From Salinivirgaceae bacterium (GTDB lineage Bacteria > Bacteroidota > Bacteroidia > Bacteroidales > SZUA-534), in contig JBAYKX010000023.1 in NCBI GenBank assembly GCA_041664345.1, positions 10,558 to 74,557 on the forward strand: a stretch of 64,000 nucleotides of DNA, read 5' to 3'. Made by a program: the position numbers and the translations under genes. A model generated the notes under the pieces. It was not told where the DNA came from and made no database searches. It saw only the letters and a list, made by a program, of their open reading frames with translations. This document shows, one piece after another, positions 27,269 to 35,466 of this stretch (position 1 is the first letter of the stretch; each line of letters begins with the position of its first letter).

Positions 27269-28210
27269 TTGTCATTGAGATTATTTGCTACTTTTGCTTT
27301 ACAAAATTCAATTATTAAGAAGTATTTATTTTTATCACTAAGCGTGTTTTCGCTGTTTATATTTATTGGTTGTAGTCAGAAACGGGCCATTTCAGATAAA
27401 CCTACTGTTACGGTGAGTGTGATTCCCCAGAAGTTTTTTGTGGATCAAATTGCCGGTGATTGGTTGTATGTGAATGTGATGGTTCCCCCTGGAGGTAACC
27501 CCCATACCTATGAACCAACTCCCATGCAAATGAAGTCGTTGTCCAATTCATTGGCTTATTTTAGTATTGGATATATTACTTTTGAAACCGCTTGGATGGA
27601 TAAATTAGTGTCGGTAAGTCCCAAAATGAAGGTAATAGATACTTCAGTTGGTTGTGAATTGTTAGCCGAGGATGCTTGGTGTGAGGAACATACAGAATTG
27701 GATGGAAGTACTACCCGCCATGAATCTTACAATCCACATATATGGTTATCACCAAAATTGGTTAAAATTCAGGCTCAAATCATATACGAAGCATTATCTG
27801 AATTGTACCCAGAGCATAAACAATCGATGGAACAAAACATAAATCGGTTCTTAGCGCAATGCGATTCAGTACATTCCAGTTTAGACACTATCATGAATAG
27901 TTCCAGCGGCACTTCCTTTATTGTTTATCACCCGGTATGGACCTATTTAGCTAAGGATTATAATCTCAAACAAATAGCTATTGAATACAATGGAAAAGAA
28001 GCCACTGCCGACAAATTGAAAAACATTATTGATTTTGCCAATAAAAATGACATCCGGTTTATTTTTGTGCAAAAGGAATTTAGTGATGCCCAAGCAAGAA
28101 CCATTGCTGAACAGATAAATGGGCGTGTGGTTTCAATGAATCCGCTTAATTACGATTGGTTCACTACCATGAAGGAATTTGGCGAAGCATTTCAGGCAAT
28201 TAAGAATTAA
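27269..28210 (+). CDS. znuA: Zinc/metal ABC transporter substrate-binding lipoprotein (ZnuA/TroA family)
   Basis: Lipobox LFIFIGCSQ. Metal-ligand regions GGNPHTYEPTP and NPHIWLSP. The TTG start is uncertain. Confidence 0.8.
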   Translation: MSLRLFATFALQNSIIKKYLFLSLSVFSLFIFIGCSQKRAISDKPTVTVSVIPQKFFVDQIAGDWLYVNVMVPPGGNPHTYEPTPMQMKSLSNSLAYFSIGYITFETAWMDKLVSVSPKMKVIDTSVGCELLAEDAWCEEHTELDGSTTRHESYNPHIWLSPKLVKIQAQIIYEALSELYPEHKQSMEQNINRFLAQCDSVHSSLDTIMNSSSGTSFIVYHPVWTYLAKDYNLKQIAIEYNGKEATADKLKNIIDFANKNDIRFIFVQKEFSDAQARTIAEQINGRVVSMNPLNYDWFTTMKEFGEAFQAIKN

Positions 28211-28236
28211 TAATTTGCAATTAGCAATTTTCGGAT

Positions 28237-28995
28237 ATGGTTACTTACAAAATAGATAAACCTTTGATTAAGATTGAAAACCTTTCCGTTGGTTACCAAA
28301 CCACGAAAGTATTGGATGCAGTAAATCTGGAAATTGTGGTGACTGATTTTATTGGGATTATAGGTCCCAACGGAGGAGGTAAAACCACTTTGATAAAAAC
28401 CATTTTAGGTTTGATACCTTATTGGGAAGGAAAAATCAGTTATCAAATAAGCCAATCGAAAATTGGTTACCTGCCGCAAATCAATGTCATCGACAAGGAT
28501 TTTCCGATTACCGTTTTTGATGTGGTTCTTTCGGGATTAGCCGGTAAAAAAGGACTTTGGCAGAGTTTTTCGAAAGACGACCGGTTGTTTGCCGATGAAC
28601 TGTTGCAACAGGCTGGCATTATCCATATATAAAGCAAGGCCATTGGACAGCTTTCTGGCGGACAAATGCAGCGTGCATTGCTTTGCCGGGCCCTGATGAA
28701 CCATCCCGAATTGTTGATTTTGGATGAACCCAGTACATTTGTAGATAACCAGTTTGAACACGAATTATTTGAATGGTTGGGTGAACTCAACAAAACCATT
28801 TCTATTTTAATGGTATCGCACGACTTAGGAACCATTTCAAGTCATGTAAAAACCATCGCCTGTGTTAACCGACAACTTCATTATCACCGTTCTAATAAAA
28901 TATCAGCCGAGCAGTTAGCTTATTACAATTGCCCCATTCAGATAATCAGCCACGGTCAAATACCGCATCAGGTATTAGCCACTCACAAACAGTAG
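28237..28995 (+). pseudogene. znuC: Zinc/metal ABC transporter ATP-binding protein interrupted by an in-frame TAA
   Basis: Track ORFs 28237-28632 and 28666-28995 are in the same frame. Reading through the TAA at 28630-28632 gives ...AGIIHI*SKAIGQLSGGQMQRALLCRAL.... This joins Walker A (GPNGGGKTT) to the ABC signature (LSGGQ) and Walker B (LLILDEP). Confidence 0.8.
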
Positions 28996-28998
28996 CTT

Positions 28999-29844
28999 AT
29001 GAACTCATTTTTAGAATTATTCCATTATACTTTTATCAATCACGCCTTATTGGCTGCTGTTTTATCGAGCATTATATGTGGAATTTTGGGAACTTATATT
29101 GTGAGCAAACGCATGGTATTTATCTCCGGTGGAATCACCCATGCTTCGTTTGGTGGTATTGGAATGGCATTTTACTTTGGTTTGTCTCCTTTTATAGGAG
29201 CCACAGCGTTTGCCTTGCTTTCGGCACTGGGCATTGAATGGATATCGAAAAAAGGCAACATTCGCAACGATTCCAGCATCGGTATTCTTTGGTCGTTGGG
29301 TATGGCTATCGGGATTATTTTTGTTTACATCACACCCGGTTTTACACCCAATTTAATGAGTTACCTGTTTGGAAGTATATTAACTGTTGGAGGCTCTGAA
29401 TTATGGATAATGACAGTGCTTGCCGGGGTAATCATCTTGTTTTTCACCCTATTCTACCGACCTATACTTTTCTTTGCATTCGACGAAAGCTTTGCCCGTT
29501 CGCAAAAGGCTCCGGTGGCTTTCCTGAATTACACCCTTATATTGCTCATTGCCTTTGGAATTGTGATAAATATAAAAGTGGCCGGAATCATTTTGGTAAT
29601 GAGCATGCTTACCCTGCCCCAAAACACAGCCAACCTGTTTTCAAACAATTTTAAACACATACTAATTTACTCCATATTGATTAGTTTAGCCGGAACATTG
29701 GCTGGACTGGCAGGCTCGTTCTGGTTAGGAATTCCATCGGGAGCAGCCATCATTTTTACGCTTTCGCTCATATTTTTTATTGCCAAAATTGCCAAGCTTA
29801 TTTTTGATAGAAGGAAAAGAGAGAAAACAGAGATTAGAAGTTAG
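28999..29844 (+). CDS. znuB: Zinc/metal ABC transporter permease (ABC-3 family)
   Basis: 281 aa, multi-TM, follows znuC by 3 nt. The last codons and the TAG stop lie inside the first units of the downstream heptamer array. Confidence 0.85.
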   Translation: MNSFLELFHYTFINHALLAAVLSSIICGILGTYIVSKRMVFISGGITHASFGGIGMAFYFGLSPFIGATAFALLSALGIEWISKKGNIRNDSSIGILWSLGMAIGIIFVYITPGFTPNLMSYLFGSILTVGGSELWIMTVLAGVIILFFTLFYRPILFFAFDESFARSQKAPVAFLNYTLILLIAFGIVINIKVAGIILVMSMLTLPQNTANLFSNNFKHILIYSILISLAGTLAGLAGSFWLGIPSGAAIIFTLSLIFFIAKIAKLIFDRRKREKTEIRS

Positions 29845-30246
29845 AAGACCGAAGTTGGAAGTCAGAAGAATGAAGACGGAAGTTAGAAGTCAGAAGTTGG
29901 AAGACCGAAGCTAGAGTTTAGAAACAAGAAAACAGAGACAAGAAAACAGAGACAAGAAACCAGTACCAAAAGTTGGAAAATGTGGCAGCCCTAAAAGGGC
30001 GAAAGAACATAGCCAAGGGCAACGCCCTTGGTAAAGTAGCACAAGTAATAAGCGGTGCATCCAACTAAGTTGCAATGGAATGGAAACATAACATGCACCG
30101 CAATATAGATAGAGCAATTGGAAGTTGGAAGTTAAAGATTAGAAATTAGGAATTAGATGTTAGAAACTAGAAGCCAGATAATAGAATCTAGAAACCAGTA
30201 ACTAGCATCCAGCAACCAATAACCAGTAACCAGTAACCAGCAACCT
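29824..30246 (+). repeat. Family C composite element: 20 degenerate heptamers, ~150-nt hairpin-rich unique core, 18 degenerate heptamers
   Basis: Parsed directly. The left arm 29824-29963 reads aaaacag agattag aagttag aagaccg aagttgg aagtcag.... The right arm 30115-30240 reads caattgg aagttgg aagttaa agattag ... taaccag taaccag taaccag. Confidence 0.8.
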
Positions 30247-30369
30247 AAGAAGTAAACGTTAATAATAAAATAAAGACCGCTAATTTATATTCTGAACAAC
30301 TTGACCGTTTAATAGTTTATAGTGCAAAACTGCTGCAACAAAAAAAATGTAGCTTAAAAATAAAAACCA

Positions 30370-31761
30370 ATGAATTTTGATGTATTAGTTATAGGAAGTG
30401 GTCCCGGCGGTTATGTGGCTGCCATCAGGGCTTCGCAATTAGGATTAAAAACTGCGGTTGTTGAGAAAGCTGAATTGGGCGGAATTTGCCTAAACTGGGG
30501 ATGTATTCCCACCAAAAGCTTGCTAAAAAGCGCTCAGGTATATGAATACATGCAACATGCCGAAGAATATGGCATTACGCTTGAGGGTACCGCAAAGGCT
30601 AATTTTGCCAAAATGATAGAGCGGAGCCGTGGTGTGGCCGATGGCATGAGCAAAGGCATTCAGTTTCTTCTTAAAAAGAATAAAGTTGAGGTTATTAATG
30701 GGTTTGGAAAACTAAAAGCCAAAAACACCATTGAAGTTACCGATGCCGATGGCAAAAAAAGTGAAGTAACGGCCAAACATATTATTTTAGCAACCGGTGC
30801 GCGTTCCAAGGAATTACCAAACTTGCCCCAGGACGGGAAAAAGATTATTGGTTACCGCAGAGCCATGACCTTGGAAAAACAACCTGAAAGTATGTTGGTG
30901 GTTGGTTCAGGAGCTATTGGAAGCGAGTTTGCCTATTTTTATTCCACCATTGGAACCCAGGTTACGTTGGTTGAATTTTTACCGAATATTGTTCCCAATG
31001 AAGACGAAGAGGTTTCCAAACAACTGGAACGCTCCTTCAAAAAAGCAAAAATAAATATTATGACAAGTTCATCGGTTGAAAAAGTGGATACTTCCGGCAA
31101 AAAATGCAAGGTTACCATAAAAACCAAAAAAGGAGAGGAAGTGGTGGAGGCCGATATTGTACTTTCCGCCATTGGCATTACCCCAAACATTGAAGGCATT
31201 GGTTTAGAGGAGTTGGGTATTGTTATGGAAAAAGGAAAAGTTAAGGTGGACGATTTTTACCGAACCAATGTGGAAAGTGTTTACGCCATTGGCGATTTAG
31301 TTCATGGTCCTTCGTTGGCTCACGTAGCATCGGCAGAGGGAATAACCTGTGTGGAGAAAATTGCTGGTTTGAATGCCCATCCCGTTGATTACACCAACAT
31401 TCCCGGTTGTACCTACACCTCACCTGAAATTGCTTCGGTAGGAATGACAGAAAAAGCAGCCAAGGAAGCCGGTTATCAGATTAAAGTGGGTAAGTTCCCA
31501 TTCACCGCATCAGGAAAGGCAAGCGCAGCTGGAGCCAAAGATGGTTTTGTAAAACTCATTTTTGACGAAAAATATGGTGAATTGCTGGGTGCCCACCTAA
31601 TTGGAGCCAATGTAACCGAAATGATTGCCGAACTGGTGGTAGCAAAAAAACTGGAAACTACCGGACATGAATTAATTAAAGCCATCCATCCGCACCCAAC
31701 CATGAGTGAGGCTATTATGGAAGCAGCTGCGGCCGCATATGGCGAAGTGATTCACATCTAA
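30370..31761 (+). CDS. lpdA: Dihydrolipoyl dehydrogenase (E3)
   Basis: FAD motif GSGPGGYVAA, redox-active disulfide GGICLNWGCIPTK, and C-terminal HPHPTMSE. Confidence 0.9.
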   Translation: MNFDVLVIGSGPGGYVAAIRASQLGLKTAVVEKAELGGICLNWGCIPTKSLLKSAQVYEYMQHAEEYGITLEGTAKANFAKMIERSRGVADGMSKGIQFLLKKNKVEVINGFGKLKAKNTIEVTDADGKKSEVTAKHIILATGARSKELPNLPQDGKKIIGYRRAMTLEKQPESMLVVGSGAIGSEFAYFYSTIGTQVTLVEFLPNIVPNEDEEVSKQLERSFKKAKINIMTSSSVEKVDTSGKKCKVTIKTKKGEEVVEADIVLSAIGITPNIEGIGLEELGIVMEKGKVKVDDFYRTNVESVYAIGDLVHGPSLAHVASAEGITCVEKIAGLNAHPVDYTNIPGCTYTSPEIASVGMTEKAAKEAGYQIKVGKFPFTASGKASAAGAKDGFVKLIFDEKYGELLGAHLIGANVTEMIAELVVAKKLETTGHELIKAIHPHPTMSEAIMEAAAAAYGEVIHI

Positions 31762-31796
31762 TCAAGGGATAGCCGTTTTGCAACGGTTTAAAATAT

Positions 31797-31836
31797 AAAA
31801 CCCCGGTGGAATTGATTCTGTCGGGGTTTGTTTTTA
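31797..31836 (+). terminator. Rho-independent terminator after lpdA
   Basis: Stem aaaccccg / cggggttt with a ~16-nt loop, followed by gttttt. Confidence 0.7.
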
Positions 31837-31951
31837 CCGTTAATCTAAATATTAAGCAAATGGGCAATTGTATTTGGCTATAACTAGATTGATAATTATA
31901 CTTAAAGCCAAAACAAATAAATATGTTTAATTAAATTAATTTTTTCTAAGG

Positions 31952-33607
31952 TCAAAACTTCGCCACTAAAGGCATCCTACGCCCAAAACCAAAGGCTTTT
32001 GATGAAATGCGTAACGTAGGTGGTGCCTGAAATCGCTTATACTCGTTCATATTTACCAATCGAAGCACTTTATTAACTACCGTAGCGTCAAAACCCATAG
32101 CAATTATTTCCGAGGCACTCAGTTTTTGTTCAATGTATTGGAAAAGGATGGCATCGAGCAAATCATATTCAGGCAACGAATCGGAATCTTTTTGGTCGGG
32201 GCGAAGCTCCGCTGATGGTGGTTTGATGATGGTATTTTCAGGGATAATTTCCTTATTGTGGTTGATGTAACGGGCTAATTTGAACACATCGGTTTTGTAA
32301 ACATCGCCCAGCACACTCAAACCGCCGTTCATATCGCCGTACAAAGTTCCGTAACCCACAGCGGCCTCGCTTTTGTCGCTGGTGTTGAGCAAAATATGCC
32401 CCATTTTATTCGATAGCGCCATGAGCAATGTTCCACGCACCCGGGCTTGGATGTTCTCTTCGGTAACATCGGCTGGCATGCCTTCAAAAATTGGCGACAT
32501 TCCTTCATTAATGGAATCCACCATAGGCTGAATGGGAACCAGTTGGTAATCAACACCCAAATTTTGGGCTAAATCCACGGCGTCTTTAATGGAATGGTCC
32601 GACGAATATTTGGAAGGCATCAGCAACACCTTTAAGTTTTCAGCTCCCAAAGCCTCGGCAGCTAACACCAAAGTGACTGCTGAATCAATTCCACCGCTCA
32701 AACCAAGGGTAGCTTTTTTGAAATTCATTTTCCCAAAGTAATCACGGATGCCAATTATAAGTGCCTCATGTATTTGTGCGATATAGTCAACGGATTCTTT
32801 TTGCAATGGAGTGTATTTCCCCTGCATGAGTTGTTGGGTATCAATTATCTTCAGGTTTTCGGTAAAAACGCCGCATTTTTCTACTACTTGACCATTTGCA
32901 TCCAAAGCCATGGAATCGCCGTCAAAAATGAGTTCAGTATTACCACCAGTTTGGTTCACATAAATAACCGGTAGCTTGTATTTGAGGGCGTTTTCCTGCA
33001 AAACCTGAACCCTTACTTTTCCCTGGTTGTACGAAAAAGGGGAGGCAGCAATATTAATGATATAATTTGGATTGAGTTTTGCCAATTCCGCCATGGGCGA
33101 TTTTTTGTACAAAGCCCCTTTGGCAGTAATGTAGGCCGATGGCTGTTTGTCCCAAAGGTCTTCGCAAATGGTTAGGGCAAATAATTCACCCTTCCATTCC
33201 ACTAATTGAAATAATTCGTTGGGTTCAAAGTATCGGTATTCATCGAAAATGTCGTAGGTAGGGAGCAGGGTTTTGTGGCGGGTTTCCAAAACCTGCCCAT
33301 TAGCGAGTAAACAAGCCGAATTGTGGAGTTTTTTTCCTTTTGCTTCCGGATTTATGGTTGGAACGCCCACAATAGCGGCAATATCCACGCACTGTGATGC
33401 AATTGCTTTCACGGTTTCTTCGCAACGGACAATAAAATCATGCTGTTCCAATAAATCGTGAGGTGGATAACCACTAACGGAAAGTTCGGAGAAGACCACC
33501 AAATCGACGCCTTGTTGTTTGGATTGGGAAATTACTGCAACCATTTTTGCTGCATTCGAATCAAAATTTCCCACATGAAAATTCAGTTGGGTTAGGGCAA
33601 CTTTCAT
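31952..33607 (-). CDS. nadE: Glutamine-dependent NAD+ synthetase
   Basis: N-terminal CN-hydrolase domain (FSELSVSGY, LTICEDLW) plus C-terminal PP-loop synthetase (LGLSGGIDSAV). 551 aa. Confidence 0.9.
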   Translation of the reverse strand: MKVALTQLNFHVGNFDSNAAKMVAVISQSKQQGVDLVVFSELSVSGYPPHDLLEQHDFIVRCEETVKAIASQCVDIAAIVGVPTINPEAKGKKLHNSACLLANGQVLETRHKTLLPTYDIFDEYRYFEPNELFQLVEWKGELFALTICEDLWDKQPSAYITAKGALYKKSPMAELAKLNPNYIINIAASPFSYNQGKVRVQVLQENALKYKLPVIYVNQTGGNTELIFDGDSMALDANGQVVEKCGVFTENLKIIDTQQLMQGKYTPLQKESVDYIAQIHEALIIGIRDYFGKMNFKKATLGLSGGIDSAVTLVLAAEALGAENLKVLLMPSKYSSDHSIKDAVDLAQNLGVDYQLVPIQPMVDSINEGMSPIFEGMPADVTEENIQARVRGTLLMALSNKMGHILLNTSDKSEAAVGYGTLYGDMNGGLSVLGDVYKTDVFKLARYINHNKEIIPENTIIKPPSAELRPDQKDSDSLPEYDLLDAILFQYIEQKLSASEIIAMGFDATVVNKVLRLVNMNEYKRFQAPPTLRISSKAFGFGRRMPLVAKF

Positions 33608-33623
33608 TATTTTTTAAGTATTT

Positions 33624-34316
33624 CTAAAACAGCACCCCAATTTTTAAGGCTACACTGCGCACCGATACATTATCGCTAACTGCCTTTCCTTCATTGGAAG
33701 TGGCATCGATAAAACCGTTGTTATAAATCAGGCCAACGGTAAGTGCCGTGTTTTTCGAAAAATAATAGTTGAACCCGGCACCAATATTATAACCCAGGTT
33801 ATAAAAACTTACTTCGTCTTTACAGCCTACGCCACCCATTGAGGTGCTTAATAAAGGATTGATGGATTCAATATCGGCGGATGCCCCAATACGGAATTGG
33901 TTGGTAATGCCAAATTGCGCATAATAAACAAAATAGCCTATTTGGTTCGATTCCATGCGGAACGACAAAGGAATTTCGATGTACTGGAGCTTATATTTTA
34001 TCTGGGTTTCCGGAAATAGTGAATCGGTAGAAGTATTGGTAGTAAAAGCATTGGTATCGCTGTAAAGCAATTTTCCACCCGTATTGTTGATATACAACCC
34101 CGAGGACAAACTATAACGTTCCGCAAAAAAGAAATCGGATTGCAATCCAAAGCTAAAACCCAGGGTGGCACCATCGGATTTAACTGATTCTACATCGGAT
34201 TTCATCCATGAAGTTTGGGGGTTAAAGTTTAATCCCATACGGACACCTTGGGAGTAAATGGTAACAGGAATAATTACCAGTAACAATGCAACAGAAACGG
34301 TTTTTAACATGTTCAT
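33624..34316 (-). CDS. Outer-membrane beta-barrel protein (PorT/OMP_b-brl_2-like)
   Basis: Signal peptide. ~230 aa of alternating beta-strand pattern ending ...ALKIGVLF. Assignment to a specific family is tentative. Confidence 0.55.
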   Translation of the reverse strand: MNMLKTVSVALLLVIIPVTIYSQGVRMGLNFNPQTSWMKSDVESVKSDGATLGFSFGLQSDFFFAERYSLSSGLYINNTGGKLLYSDTNAFTTNTSTDSLFPETQIKYKLQYIEIPLSFRMESNQIGYFVYYAQFGITNQFRIGASADIESINPLLSTSMGGVGCKDEVSFYNLGYNIGAGFNYYFSKNTALTVGLIYNNGFIDATSNEGKAVSDNVSVRSVALKIGVLF

Positions 34317-34399
34317 TTTTTTTAAATTGTAATTTGGACTTTAAAAACTGTCGTAAAGATAAATAATTTCGACAAGCCTGTTTATATTTGTGAATAACA

Positions 34400-35421
34400 T
34401 TGGAAAACTTACATACCATGAAATCATACGGAATTATTAGCCTTGTACTTTTGCCTCTTTTATGGCAAAGTTGTTCCCGCAGTCAATGGGATATTGATAT
34501 ATCGAATATTGAAATTTCGCAACAGTATCAGAGGTTCGATGTGGATCTGTTTTCGGCCAACCCCGATAGTTTATGGCAAATGGTGCCTAAATGGGAGCAG
34601 AAATACGGCAATTTTTTTGAGGCATACAACCAACAAATCATCAAAATTGGAGGCAGCAATCAAATGGATTATGCCAAAAAATTGAAATACTTTCTTACCG
34701 ATCCATACATTGCCGATGCTTATACCGATGTTCAGCTAAAATTTAGTGAATTGCCCTTTAAAGATGAGCTTATTGACGCATTTAAGCGCTACTATTATCA
34801 TTTTCCGGATAAAAAAATCCCCAATATTTACACACACGTTTCAGGTTTTAATCAATCCATAGTGGTTGATTCGGCTTATATTAGCATCAATTTGGATAAA
34901 TATTTAGGACCCGATTCGAAGTTTGATAGCATGTTGCGCACTCCGCAGTACCTGAGTGAGAACATGCACCCACAAAAGATACCCGCCGATGTGATGATGG
35001 CCTTGGCATTGACTGAATTCCCCTTTTCCGGTGAAAAGGACGATCTGCTCAGTCAATGCTTTATTATGGAAAAATACATGTATTTGTTGATGCCATGCTC
35101 CCCGAAACAACCGATACTTTGAAATGGGGATACACACAGGAAAAAATCAGGTGGTGCCAAAAGAACGAAAAGTTTATGTGGCTGTATTTGATTGAATACA
35201 AACTGCTATTCAATTCGAGTTATAAAGAGAAAAAACGGTATATTGATGATGGCCCATTTACCTCCACTTTTTCGAATGAATCGCCTGCCCGAACCGGTCA
35301 GTGGTTGGGTTACCAAATAGTGAATGCTTACCTCAAGGAACATCCGGAGGTTAAACTGCCGCAATTAATGGAGGATCAAAACTATCAGGAAATCTTGAAT
35401 AAGTCGAAGTATAAGCCGTAA
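34400..35421 (+). pseudogene. gldB: Gliding-motility lipoprotein GldB, frameshifted (track ORFs 34400-35122 and 35056-35421)
   Basis: The likely start is the ATG at 34418 (MKSYGIISLVLLPLLWQSC lipobox). The frame switches between 35035 and 35058: ...SGEKDDLLSQ then MLYYGKIHVFVDAMLPETTDTLKWGYT.... The span 34418-35421 is 1004 nt, one short of a multiple of 3. The nadE neighbourhood fits the gldB context known from Flavobacterium. Confidence 0.7.
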
Positions 35422-35466
35422 GGAGTTTATTCAACAGCACCTAATAAAACCATTATATTTACTTGC

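Noticed and set aside
29911-30117. 68-aa minus-strand ORF inside the 29.8-kb composite element
   Set aside because: It lies over the hairpin-rich core and the heptamer arm. It has no coding signature, so a non-coding interpretation is preferred.
29824-30246. Possible CRISPR array
   Set aside because: The units are 7 nt and contiguous, with no spacers. There is no repeat of CRISPR length (~24-48 nt) and no cas genes in the window.
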